The position numbers and the translations under genes are program-made. From the NCBI GenBank assembly GCA_038153405.1, contig JAYOYH010000002.1:123904-187903 (forward strand): a stretch of 64,000 nt of DNA, in the 5' to 3' direction. Shown here piece by piece: positions 9,667 to 19,294 of this stretch; positions within the stretch are counted from its first letter, which is position 1, and every line of letters starts with the position of its first letter. The notes under the pieces were generated by a model. The model saw nothing but the letters and a program-made list of their open reading frames with translations, did no database searches and was not told the DNA's origin. Origin of the DNA: Gemmatimonadota bacterium. GTDB taxonomy: Bacteria; Latescibacterota; UBA2968; UBA8231.

Positions 9667-11799
9667 TCACGGCGTCTTGCGCAGCGCTCTAGCGCGGACC
9701 AGCGCATCCGCGACGATCTCTTGGGTGATGAGTTCGGGCAAAACGATTGGCTCGTCTATATTCCCACCGGGGAATATGACGTATAGCGGCACACCGGAGC
9801 GTCCGAACGCACTCAATAGCTGCGTAATCTGCGGATTGCGCCGTGTCCAATCGGCCTTGATCAGGGCGACATTGTCGGCTTCAAAGCGCGAACGGACTTC
9901 ATCTCGCATCAGCACGGCGCGCTCGTTCACCTTGCAAGTCCAACACCACTCGGCGGTAAAATCGATAAAGACCGTTTGCCCAGCCCCCACCCGGCGTTCC
10001 ACTTCGGCGGGGGAAAAGTCGATCCACTCAAGTGATACCGCCGCCTGGGGCAGTGCACGAGTGGTATCTGCGCGCGTGAGCAGTGGATGTAAAAACGCGC
10101 CATATGCTACTAAAACAATGAGCAGCGCAATCGCCCACACCGTGCGCCGTCGGCGCGGGCTGTCTTCTAGACGCACCCACTGACCGACAATCCAGCAAGC
10201 CAGGGCAATGCCCAGTAGAAAGGCGCCGGTCCAGATGACGCCTTCAGGGCCCACTTGCTTGCCCAGCACCCATAGCAACCACAGCACGGTCGCCATAAGC
10301 GGAAAGCCCATAGCCTGCTTAAAGCGCTCCATCCACACACCGGGGCGCGGCAGAAAACGCGTCCAGGCAGGCACGGCAGCCAGAATGGCATAGGGCAGCG
10401 CCATACCAACGCCGCAGCCCAAGAAGATAGCGATGACCGTTCCGGCTGGCTGGGCAAAGGCAAACCCCACCGCAGTCCCTAGGAGTGGGGCCGTGCACGG
10501 CGTGGCCAGCACCGTGGCCAGCACGCCGTTAAAGAACGAAGCCGCGAGTCCTTCACCTTCGTCGAAACCGCTCGAACTGGCCGGCAGTGAAATGGCGTAG
10601 ACGCCAAACAGGCTCAGGCCCAGCGCAAAGATCAGCGCCGCCATGGCCGCGACAAAGGCGGGATACTGAAACTGGAAGCCCCAACCGATCTGCTCTCCCC
10701 CCCCTTTGAGCGCTATAACAAGGAGCGCCAACACCAAAAAAGACGCTACAATACCGGCAGAGAACGCCAGACCCAGCATACGCACGCGCCGCTGCTGCTG
10801 ACCGGCTTGACCGACGAGGGACAGCACCTTGAGCGAAATAACGGGCAGCACGCAGGGCATGAGGTTGAGAATGAGTCCTCCACCTAGCGCCATGAGTAGA
10901 TAGATCCACAGAGGAGCACTATTGCTGGGAGACGATGCGCTGAAACTGCGCTCGAGCAGGCTTTCTTCAGCGTCTTCAATAAATGAACTCAGATCGAGCG
11001 CCAAGCGGCCCGAGCGGCGCTGCTCTTCGCCCTCCAGCGCGTAGACTAACACGCCGTCGAGTGCCTCGATGGGCTCTTCGCCGTAGGGCTGAATAACTAG
11101 TTCGAGGCGACCTGCCGCAGGAGAGCGTGTGCGAAACGCGATGTCTTGGGCATCAAGCGGATAAAAATCGAGGCGGCCGGAGTCTAGCGACTCGGCGCTT
11201 TGCACATTCAGTTCAACCCGTCGTTCCGTTGCACTACCGCGCACCCGATAGCGCACTTCAACGGACGGCGAGAGCGCCGCTGGCACCTCGGCGGCATAGC
11301 GCTCGAACAGTGCGTCATGTACCGTCTGGCCGCGTCCGACCGGCAGATTCAGCTGGACGCGCGCACCGCCTGGAATGCACAACTCGCGGCAGACCAGCCA
11401 GGATACGTCCGCCGCTAAGCGCAGCGTATCGCCCAGCACGGCACCGCGCGGAGCCTGCACGGCGCTGATCAGCAGCACCTCATCGGCATAGCCGTAGACG
11501 ACGAGGTCCCCTTCCTCCGTATACTTTTGGGGCAGCGGCCACTGCAGTGGGCCGGCACTCCACCCCTCGGGCAGATCCCAATCTACCTGTGTCGGCATTC
11601 CGGCATCGCCGCTAAACGCCCAATAGGTGTGCCACCCCTCATCCATGCGCAGAGAAATGCCCAGTCGCAGGGCATCGCCAGGGAGCACGGCGCTCACGTC
11701 GGCCAGCAGACGTGCCTCTACTGGGTGATCGTTCTCTGCTCCAATCGCTTGCACACAGCAGAGCGCAGCGAGCAGGCCTATCACGCCCATGCGTATCAT
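9667..11799 (-). CDS. dsbD: Thiol:disulfide interchange protein DsbD (N-terminal Ig-like, transmembrane and thioredoxin domains)
   Basis: Signal peptide, GWHTYW, WLVCRELC, TM cysteines LMPCVLP and ATPCTAP, and C-terminal DFTAEWCWTC. Confidence 0.88.
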   Translation of the reverse strand: MIRMGVIGLLAALCCVQAIGAENDHPVEARLLADVSAVLPGDALRLGISLRMDEGWHTYWAFSGDAGMPTQVDWDLPEGWSAGPLQWPLPQKYTEEGDLVVYGYADEVLLISAVQAPRGAVLGDTLRLAADVSWLVCRELCIPGGARVQLNLPVGRGQTVHDALFERYAAEVPAALSPSVEVRYRVRGSATERRVELNVQSAESLDSGRLDFYPLDAQDIAFRTRSPAAGRLELVIQPYGEEPIEALDGVLVYALEGEEQRRSGRLALDLSSFIEDAEESLLERSFSASSPSNSAPLWIYLLMALGGGLILNLMPCVLPVISLKVLSLVGQAGQQQRRVRMLGLAFSAGIVASFLVLALLVIALKGGGEQIGWGFQFQYPAFVAAMAALIFALGLSLFGVYAISLPASSSGFDEGEGLAASFFNGVLATVLATPCTAPLLGTAVGFAFAQPAGTVIAIFLGCGVGMALPYAILAAVPAWTRFLPRPGVWMERFKQAMGFPLMATVLWLLWVLGKQVGPEGVIWTGAFLLGIALACWIVGQWVRLEDSPRRRRTVWAIALLIVLVAYGAFLHPLLTRADTTRALPQAAVSLEWIDFSPAEVERRVGAGQTVFIDFTAEWCWTCKVNERAVLMRDEVRSRFEADNVALIKADWTRRNPQITQLLSAFGRSGVPLYVIFPGGNIDEPIVLPELITQEIVADALVRARALRKTP

Positions 11800-11892
11800 G
11801 TCGAATGGAGTCGTTCTACGAACCGGCGCAATCGAAACACTGCAGCCAGCGTTTGCACGTCTACCTGTGCGGCGATGGCAGCGCGCGCCATA

Positions 11893-13014
11893 TTAGAGCA
11901 ACCGGTGCGCGGCCAGCACGCCTTCATCGAGTTCTATGCCCAAGCCCGGCGCTTCGGGAACGGCGATATAGCCATCCTGTAGGACTTCGGCTGGCCGCGT
12001 CAACTCCGCGCGCCACGGCACCTCGCCAAAGGCGTACTCCAATACGGTGAAGTTCGAAATCGTCGCCGCTAGGTGCACACCGGCCATGGTCGAAACGGGA
12101 CCGGCCGGGCTGTGCGGCGCCACCGGTATTTGCTTGGTCTCGGCCATTGCCGCAATGCGCCGGCACTCGGTAATGCCGCCGGCGTGCTTTACGTCGGGCA
12201 TTAACACGTGCACGGCGCCATGCTCGATATAGTCCCAAAACTGCTCGCGACCGAACATGGCTTCGCCGCCGGCCGTCGTATGTCCCGAGTGCAGCGTAAT
12301 ATGGCGCAGCGCCTCGATCTGTTCGCGCGGCACCGGTTCCTCGAACCAGTAGAGATTGAGAGGTAGGGTCTTGCGGGCGACCTTCATCGCCAAGGCCAGG
12401 TCAAAGCGCTGGTGACAATCGACGAGCAGTTCCACTTCATCGCCAATGGCCCGCCGCGTAAATTCGAGGCGCTCTACGCCCTTATCGGCATCGCGCTCTA
12501 CGCCCGCGCGGTCCATAGTGCGCCAGCGCACCTCGTCAAAAGGAGTGGCCTTGACGGCGCTAAACCCAGCATCAACGGCGCGCGCTGCCGCATCGGCAAA
12601 ACCCTGCGGACTGCGGTCGCGGGTGCCGCGATTTAGGTTGGCATAGACGCGTACGCGGTCGCGCCGCTTGCCGCCCAGCAGGCGCCACACCGGCACATCG
12701 AGGGCCTTGCCGGCGATATCCCACAGCGCCTGATCAATGGCGCTTATCGCCGTGGCGCCCACGCGACCGGCATCGCCAGAAAAAATGCCGCCGGAATGCA
12801 CCATGCGCTCCCACAGCACCTCTGGCTGGGTGGGATCGCAGCCAACCAGGCGCTGCCCCATCAGCTCCAGCGCCGCGAGGACCAGCGCGTCGTTGCCGCT
12901 CTGACTAGCTTCTCCAATGCCAGTTATACCGGCATCCGTATGCAAAAGCACGAAATGCCAGTTCCCGCGCGATGAGGCTTCGACGCCGTGCACGGTCAGC
13001 TGCGTAATCTTCAT
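11893..13014 (-). CDS. Mandelate racemase/muconate lactonizing enzyme family (galactonate dehydratase-like)
   Basis: SAIDQALWDIAGK, the metal ligands in VDCH, WFEEP and GGE, HAGGITE, and PGLGIELD. Confidence 0.88.
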   Translation of the reverse strand: MKITQLTVHGVEASSRGNWHFVLLHTDAGITGIGEASQSGNDALVLAALELMGQRLVGCDPTQPEVLWERMVHSGGIFSGDAGRVGATAISAIDQALWDIAGKALDVPVWRLLGGKRRDRVRVYANLNRGTRDRSPQGFADAAARAVDAGFSAVKATPFDEVRWRTMDRAGVERDADKGVERLEFTRRAIGDEVELLVDCHQRFDLALAMKVARKTLPLNLYWFEEPVPREQIEALRHITLHSGHTTAGGEAMFGREQFWDYIEHGAVHVLMPDVKHAGGITECRRIAAMAETKQIPVAPHSPAGPVSTMAGVHLAATISNFTVLEYAFGEVPWRAELTRPAEVLQDGYIAVPEAPGLGIELDEGVLAAHRLL

Positions 13015-14315
13015 TACTCCTCCATGTCAATCTGCGCACCTAAGGATATCATGTCGCGAAAAAATGCGGGGTAGGACTTATTGACGTTTTCGGCGTTGAG
13101 TATGGTCAAACCGCGCCGGCAGCGCATGCCGACAATAGTCAGCATCTGCGCCACGCGATGATCGTGATGCGTCTCCACGGCCACTCCGCCCTCGTAGCCA
13201 TCGGGATTGCCGCGCACGACGATCTCGCTCTCGCCTTCTTCGCAGTCGACCCCTAGACCGCGCAATTCGCGCACCGGCACGCTGATCCGATCGCATTCTT
13301 TGAGACGCAAATTGCCGATGCCGTAAAATCGACTCTCGCCCTCGGCCAGCGCTGCTGCCGCTACCATTGCCAGCACGGCATCGGTGGCGCGATCGCCGTC
13401 AAACTGCACTGCGCGCAGCGCTCCGCTGCCGCTAAAATGCACCGAACGGCCGTCGTGCTCGAGCGCACAGCCCATCTGACGCAGCAGCGGTACTACGGCG
13501 CGCTCGCCCTGACTATCGGCAAAGAGTCGGTCCAGCGTAAAGTCGCCACCGGCCACGGCACCGGCGGCCAACAGCGCGGCACTGGAGGGGTAATCGCCGT
13601 TGACCGAATACTCGCCGGCGCGATAGGCCTGACCACCGCCGATGTGAAAGTTGAGCAAATCTTCGCCCGCTTCGACGTCTATGCCGGCCTGGCGCATGAC
13701 TTCCAGCGTCGTGTGCACTAGCGGCTGGGATACCAAGCCATTGCGCACTTCGATCTCGACATCCTCGCCGATCAACGGTGCCATAAAGAGCAGCGCGCTG
13801 AGATACTGCGAGCTATTGGCACCGCTCACCCAAATGCGTCCACCGCGCAGCTGACGGCCGCGCAGCACGACGGGCAGTTTGCCGCCGCGCGACTCGCACT
13901 GCACCCCGAGCTGCTCGAGCGCCTGCAGCAGATCGCCGTGCGGCCGCGTGCCGAGGGAATCGGCATAATCGGTCTCAAAGCGTATTTCGTCCAGTTGGGC
14001 GCCAACGCCCATCAGCAGGCGCAGCACGGCGCCGGCATTGCCCGGATTGATCACGCCGGGATTGTGCGGCTTGCCGGCAAAGCCGCGCACGCGCGCATGG
14101 GGTCCCGCCGCGTCGATCGCATCTTCAATTTCCGCACCAAAGGCGCGCAGGCACCGCCGCATAGCCGCCGCATCGTCGCTTTCGGCGGGAAAGCGCACGA
14201 TGCTCTCGCCGTCGGCCAGCGCCGCCACCAGCAGGTAGCGGGTTGTATAGTTCTTTGATGAAGGTGGATTGAGTCGCCCGGACAGCTTGTGCGTCGGGCG
14301 CACCAGAGCTCGCAT
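13014..14315 (-). CDS. aroA: 3-phosphoshikimate 1-carboxyvinyltransferase (EPSP synthase)
   Basis: PSSKNYTTR, NPGNAGAV.R, SSQYLSAL, LRLKECDRI, DHRVA and KSYP.FF. Confidence 0.93.
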   Translation of the reverse strand: MRALVRPTHKLSGRLNPPSSKNYTTRYLLVAALADGESIVRFPAESDDAAAMRRCLRAFGAEIEDAIDAAGPHARVRGFAGKPHNPGVINPGNAGAVLRLLMGVGAQLDEIRFETDYADSLGTRPHGDLLQALEQLGVQCESRGGKLPVVLRGRQLRGGRIWVSGANSSQYLSALLFMAPLIGEDVEIEVRNGLVSQPLVHTTLEVMRQAGIDVEAGEDLLNFHIGGGQAYRAGEYSVNGDYPSSAALLAAGAVAGGDFTLDRLFADSQGERAVVPLLRQMGCALEHDGRSVHFSGSGALRAVQFDGDRATDAVLAMVAAAALAEGESRFYGIGNLRLKECDRISVPVRELRGLGVDCEEGESEIVVRGNPDGYEGGVAVETHHDHRVAQMLTIVGMRCRRGLTILNAENVNKSYPAFFRDMISLGAQIDMEE

Positions 14316-14380
14316 GGAATCTATCCTATGTAGATGGGTCTCACGTGGGAAAGTGACCAGAAAATAAACAACGGGCCGTC

Positions 14381-14409
14381 AAAAGGCTACCCGCATGGGA
14401 AGCCCTTTT
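14381..14409 (-). terminator. Possible weak terminator hairpin
   Basis: Imperfect inverted repeat AAAAGGCT...AGCCCTTTT directly after the methyltransferase stop. Confidence 0.4.
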
Positions 14410-15511
14410 AGCCGCGCCGCTCGAGCGTTATACAACGCGGCCGGTAGGTGCGCTGCACCATGCTGCGCTCGTCCAACAATTTCCACCGTGCACCGTTCTC
14501 CTGCAGGGCGCGGGTGAGAGCGGCGGCATCTTCCGAAATAAATACCGCTCGCCCACCTATCCTGCACAGGCGCGCTGCTTCGGCTAGGACCTGCGCATAC
14601 AAGAGCGCATTGGCCGAGCGTGTACCGTGTGCTCGGCCATAGGGCAGATCGGCAGTCACCGCGTCAAAAGCCGCATCGGGAAAGGGACATGCGCGCACGT
14701 CGGCCAGCACCAGGTGCCAATGCGATTCCACTTCAGCCGCCTGCACATTGACGCGGCTGGCTGCAATTGCGTGCGGCGAAGAGTCTATGCCCACCGCCGA
14801 GCGAACGCGCTGGCGCAGCAGGCGTTCAATCAGCAGCGTGCCGCCGCCGCACATGAGGTTGGCAAAGCTGTCCGTCCGCCGCGGTGTTGACAGCTCCACC
14901 ATGCTCGCTGCCAGTGCCGCATTGAGGCTTCCTCGATAGTCCACCTGCCGCCACGTGCGCGTGGCCAGCGGCCTATTCCCCACGCGGCACAGCACTTCCC
15001 AGCCCGCAACACCTGGGCGAAAGACCAACACGCCGTCGCCCTCTTCTGGATCAAACGGCATGTGCAGCGCATCTTCTAATGCCCTAGCAATACGGCGCAT
15101 GGTCGGCGATTCGGAACCGGCCGCGTCAAAGCGCAGACTGCCGGCTGGCTCGATGCCGCGCACGGCCTGCGCCTGCCGCACCAACTCGACTAGAGCAGCC
15201 AAGTGCTCCGGGCTCAGCAGCGTGCGCGGGCGCTGCACGGCAAAATCCCTGCGCACAAAGAGCGTTTGCACCGTGCGCAAGGCGAGCAAGGAGCTCGCAT
15301 CTCCCCCATAGCGAAAGTGTATTTCATCGCGGCGGCGGTGAGCCAGCAGCACGCATGCTCCACCCAACCGGCGAACAATTTCGCCGCGCGCAATATCCTC
15401 ACAGCCTTCTAGCGCGGCGGCAACCCATAGTGTCTGTGGACCGCGCAGCGCCGAGCGCACGGCCCCATGTGCCGGACCTTGGGCGCGCCGCTTAGAGCGT
15501 CTCGTACTCAT
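14408..15511 (-). CDS. Putative RNA methyltransferase (THUMP / UPF0020-like)
   Basis: RPLATR, GSLNAALAASM, NLMCGGGTLLIE (SAM-binding, DPMCGSGT-like) and DLPYG. Confidence 0.75.
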   Translation of the reverse strand: MSTRRSKRRAQGPAHGAVRSALRGPQTLWVAAALEGCEDIARGEIVRRLGGACVLLAHRRRDEIHFRYGGDASSLLALRTVQTLFVRRDFAVQRPRTLLSPEHLAALVELVRQAQAVRGIEPAGSLRFDAAGSESPTMRRIARALEDALHMPFDPEEGDGVLVFRPGVAGWEVLCRVGNRPLATRTWRQVDYRGSLNAALAASMVELSTPRRTDSFANLMCGGGTLLIERLLRQRVRSAVGIDSSPHAIAASRVNVQAAEVESHWHLVLADVRACPFPDAAFDAVTADLPYGRAHGTRSANALLYAQVLAEAARLCRIGGRAVFISEDAAALTRALQENGARWKLLDERSMVQRTYRPRCITLERRG

Positions 15512-15731
15512 CGCCCTGCAAACACTCGGCGTACGGTTCGTAACGCCCCCTGTATATCGTGCTCATGCGGCGCAAAGTAGGCCCTGTCGATCGCCCAATC
15601 AATACCCCCTTCGCGCGTCTGATACGCATAGTTTTTCCCAGCAAAATCATCGCTTAGCTCTTTTCCTGCACAGCCACATTTCGTTAGTTATGATCATTGA
15701 TTTATACGCCTTTTTTGCCTGGAATACGCCC

Positions 15732-17948
15732 ATGGACCTCTTTGACGCCAGCCTGGCTGCACGGCAAGAGCGCGATCAACCGCTGGCCGCCCGCCTGCGC
15801 CCGCGCACGCTCGACGAGTACGTGGGACAGGACCACATACTCGGCCCGGGCCGGCTGCTGCGCCGCGCCATCCAAGCAGACCAACTCTCCTCTCTCATCT
15901 TCTACGGACCGCCTGGAACCGGCAAGACGACGCTGGCTTCCGTCATTGCACACACCACGCGCTCGCACTTTATCTCAATCAACGCCGTACTGGCTGGGGT
16001 CGGCGAGATACGCAAAGCCATAGAAGAGGCACAGGAGCGCCGCAAACTACACGACCAACGCACCATCCTATTTATCGACGAAGTGCATCGATTTAACAAG
16101 GCGCAGCAGGATGCCCTGTTGCCCTGGGTGGAAAACGGCATCGTCATTCTCGTTGGCGCCACCACGGAAAATCCCTACTTCTCCGTCAACCGCCCCCTGC
16201 TGTCGCGCAGTCGCGTCTTCCAGCTCAAAGGGCTCGAGGCAAGCGATCTCAAGCGCATTGTCGAACACGCACTGTCCGCACCCAAGGGCTATGGACAGGC
16301 AAAGGTTGTCGTTGACGAACAGGCTCTACGTCACCTAGTAGATGTGGCCAACGGCGACGCCCGTGCGTTGCTCAACGCGCTCGAGCTAGCCGTCGAGACG
16401 ACGCCACCCGATAGCCAGGGCCGCATCATCGTCACGCTCGAAGTGGCCGAGGAGTCGATTCAGCAACGCGCGCTGCTCTACGACAAAGAGGGCGACTACC
16501 ACTTCGATACGATCAGCGCCTTTATCAAGTCGATGCGCGGTTCAGACCCCGATGCCACGCTCTACTGGCTCGCGCGCATGGTCTACGCCGGCGAAGACCC
16601 ACTCTTTATCCTACGCCGCATGCTCATTTTTGCCAGCGAAGACGTCGGTTTAGCCGACCCGCACGCCCTTCACATCGTGACCAATGCCGCCATCGCCTTT
16701 GACCGCGTCGGCCTACCCGAAGGCCGCTTCGCGCTCTCGCATGCTGCGCTCTATCTGGCAATCGCGCCCAAGAGCAATTCGACCATGGCCTTTTTCGATG
16801 CGCTGGCCGCAGTCGAAAAAGAGCACGAAGAAGACGTACCCAACCACTTAAAAGACGCCAGCCGAGACAGCGAGGGATTTGGCCACGGAGCCAACTACCT
16901 CTACCCGCACGCCTTTCGCGAACACTGGGTCGCCCAGCAATACCTGCCGGGCAGTCTGCAGGGCCGCGTGTTCTACCAACCGTCAGACAGTGGGCGCGAA
17001 AAGGCGCTGGCCGACCAAGTGCGGCGCCGGCGCGAACTGCAACTGGCTGCTATGCTGGAGAGTCATTCAACGCCCGAGATCCTTAGCTTTTCACCGCCTG
17101 ACAAGGTGCGCGACCAGTGGCTGCAGCGCGCCGCCGGCCAACACGGAGTGCAGTTGGAAACGCTGCGTATGCGCCTCATAGAATCCCTGCACATCGAGCG
17201 CCACCACCTCATTCTCGACCTCAACACCGGCACCGGCCTGCTGGCATGGGAAGCCCTGCGGCACGCCCCAGAAGGCGGCGTCTGGATGCAAACTCCCGAC
17301 AAGGCCTCGGCCGTGGCCCTGCACGAAATAGCCGCTCGCCTGCCCGAGTTGGAGCAACCCCGCGTTTTGCACGGCCCCCTCACCCAGTTGGACGAGCTGC
17401 TCGACGGAGAAGAAATGGACATGCGCTTTGACGGCATCTGCGGGCGCAACGCCCTTGGTGGACTCGCCGAAAAAGAGCGCATTGCAGCGCGCACTGTCCA
17501 ACGCCTGCTGCCGGGCGGACGCCTGGCGCTGAGCGAAGTACTATTGCGTCGCGCTCAGCGCCTGCACCGCCTGGTCCCCCTCGACGCGCTCGACGATTCG
17601 CTGCGCCGGCGCTTTGTCGAGGCCGAAGAGGCCATTTACGAAGACGTGCACAACCCGCACGTGGCGTGGGACGTCGACGATATACGCGCCCACTTTGCCG
17701 CGACCGAACTCACCTCCTTAGACGTGCGCTGTGAAGAGGTCTGTAGCCAACGTCACATCAGCCCCCAACAGCTGGCCCACTGGTTTGATCCCGGCGGCGA
17801 AAGGCGGCACACCTACACTCGACATCTCAGCAAGCACCTCGACGAGGACGAGATACGCGCCGTCCGCCACCTCTTCGAAAAGAAACTCGCCCACAAAACG
17901 CTACCCTGGTCTACCACGCAGGTCTACATAACGGGCCGTGCTCCCTAA
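15732..17948 (+). CDS. rarA: Replication-associated recombination AAA+ ATPase RarA/MgsA with C-terminal methyltransferase-like extension
   Basis: PLAARLRP, Walker A GPPGTGKTT, FIDEVHRFNKAQQD, SAFIKSMRGSDPDA and ASEDVGLAD. About 300 extra C-terminal residues include ILDLNTGTG. Confidence 0.9.
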   Translation: MDLFDASLAARQERDQPLAARLRPRTLDEYVGQDHILGPGRLLRRAIQADQLSSLIFYGPPGTGKTTLASVIAHTTRSHFISINAVLAGVGEIRKAIEEAQERRKLHDQRTILFIDEVHRFNKAQQDALLPWVENGIVILVGATTENPYFSVNRPLLSRSRVFQLKGLEASDLKRIVEHALSAPKGYGQAKVVVDEQALRHLVDVANGDARALLNALELAVETTPPDSQGRIIVTLEVAEESIQQRALLYDKEGDYHFDTISAFIKSMRGSDPDATLYWLARMVYAGEDPLFILRRMLIFASEDVGLADPHALHIVTNAAIAFDRVGLPEGRFALSHAALYLAIAPKSNSTMAFFDALAAVEKEHEEDVPNHLKDASRDSEGFGHGANYLYPHAFREHWVAQQYLPGSLQGRVFYQPSDSGREKALADQVRRRRELQLAAMLESHSTPEILSFSPPDKVRDQWLQRAAGQHGVQLETLRMRLIESLHIERHHLILDLNTGTGLLAWEALRHAPEGGVWMQTPDKASAVALHEIAARLPELEQPRVLHGPLTQLDELLDGEEMDMRFDGICGRNALGGLAEKERIAARTVQRLLPGGRLALSEVLLRRAQRLHRLVPLDALDDSLRRRFVEAEEAIYEDVHNPHVAWDVDDIRAHFAATELTSLDVRCEEVCSQRHISPQQLAHWFDPGGERRHTYTRHLSKHLDEDEIRAVRHLFEKKLAHKTLPWSTTQVYITGRAP

Positions 17949-17968
17949 CCCACAGCGCAATATAGTGG

Positions 17969-17997
17969 TTGATTTGAACTGTGCGACCGCTTAAATT
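17969..17997 (+). promoter_or_regulatory. Candidate sigma-70 promoter
   Basis: TTGATT-17 nt-TAAATT about 60 nt upstream of the HEAT-repeat gene. Confidence 0.5.
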
Positions 17998-18057
17998 ACG
18001 GGCCGATTCCGCAATGCAGCGCAGTACGCAGCGAACCCCAACCTGTAGAAAGTGGTT

Positions 18058-19293
18058 ATGCGCGCCTCAATTGCCGTTTTTTTCTTTTCAGTAGCCCTGT
18101 CGTTATCCGGCTGCAGCACCACGGAACAGCAAATTACCGACTACGTCGAACAAATGGCAGCCAATCCCGTCGACTCGCCGGCTTGGCGCGAAGCGGTGGA
18201 CGGACTGATTGCCATCGGACGACCCGCTGCGCGCCAACTCACCGCCCAGCTCAACCCAGATCACTATGTGGGCGAGCACTACCGCGAATTCCGCGAGGAG
18301 CAGGAAAAGCTGCGCACCGGCAGTGCGCGCGTGCTGGGGCGCATAAAGCCGCGCGGTGCGACCGGCCCCCTAAAAGACCGCATAACGACCGCCAATACCG
18401 ATACCGAGCGCATCGCCTGTATATGGGCTCTCGGCGAGATTGGTTTTGTGCAGGCCGGCGTTGATGCGCTCAAGGCGCAGCTATCGGATAGCAATTCGCT
18501 CATCCGTCTGCACGCGGCCATTGCCCTTCTCAAAATGGACGACGAGTCCGGCTACGAAGAAGTCTCCACGGCGCTCAGTGGCACGGACGACGCGCAGGTG
18601 CGCATCGCCCTCGACGGCCTGGCCGAAGCCAAGCACTTCGGGGTTCCCCTACTTGCGCGCACGGTGCGCGCAGATGGACCGCATCAGAGTGCCCTGCGCC
18701 AGACCATAGACCAAGTATCAGCCAGACTGGTTGAGCAGCTTGATCACGAGGACCCGGAGCTGCGGCGGCGCGGCGCCATCGCGCTGGGCCAGCTCGGCAA
18801 TGCGCAGCACGTCGACGTGCTGGTCGAACGACTCTCCGACCCCAGCAACCAGGTCCGCTTTAGCACGGCGGCCGCGCTGGCCGGCATGGATCAGGCCGCT
18901 GGCATCGACTTTCTCTTTAGCGCGATGCGCGATGCCGATCCCATCCTGCGCACTAATGCGGTCAAATTTCTCGCCGACGTGCAAAAAGAAACCGGTACCG
19001 TTGAGGCCCAACTGATCGATGCACTCTCCAATTCTGAAGCCCTCACGCGCGCTGGCGCGGCACAGGTCCTCGGCCAAGCGCGCGTAGTAGCCGCCGTTGA
19101 TGCGTTGTTAAATGCAACGATCGACGCAGATGCACAGGTGCGCGCCAACGCCGTTATCGCCTTAGGGCGTATTGGACGCGCCGAGAGTCGCTCTCCTATA
19201 GAAGCCCTGCTGAGCGACCCCGATGAAACCGTAGCCTACTACGCCGAATGGGCACTTCGCCAACTCGATGCGCAACAGGGAGGAGAGGGCTAA
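18058..19293 (+). CDS. HEAT/PBS-lyase repeat lipoprotein
   Basis: Lipobox LSGC and repeated L.D....VR..AA.ALG units. Confidence 0.85.
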   Translation: MRASIAVFFFSVALSLSGCSTTEQQITDYVEQMAANPVDSPAWREAVDGLIAIGRPAARQLTAQLNPDHYVGEHYREFREEQEKLRTGSARVLGRIKPRGATGPLKDRITTANTDTERIACIWALGEIGFVQAGVDALKAQLSDSNSLIRLHAAIALLKMDDESGYEEVSTALSGTDDAQVRIALDGLAEAKHFGVPLLARTVRADGPHQSALRQTIDQVSARLVEQLDHEDPELRRRGAIALGQLGNAQHVDVLVERLSDPSNQVRFSTAAALAGMDQAAGIDFLFSAMRDADPILRTNAVKFLADVQKETGTVEAQLIDALSNSEALTRAGAAQVLGQARVVAAVDALLNATIDADAQVRANAVIALGRIGRAESRSPIEALLSDPDETVAYYAEWALRQLDAQQGGEG

Positions 19294-19294
19294 T

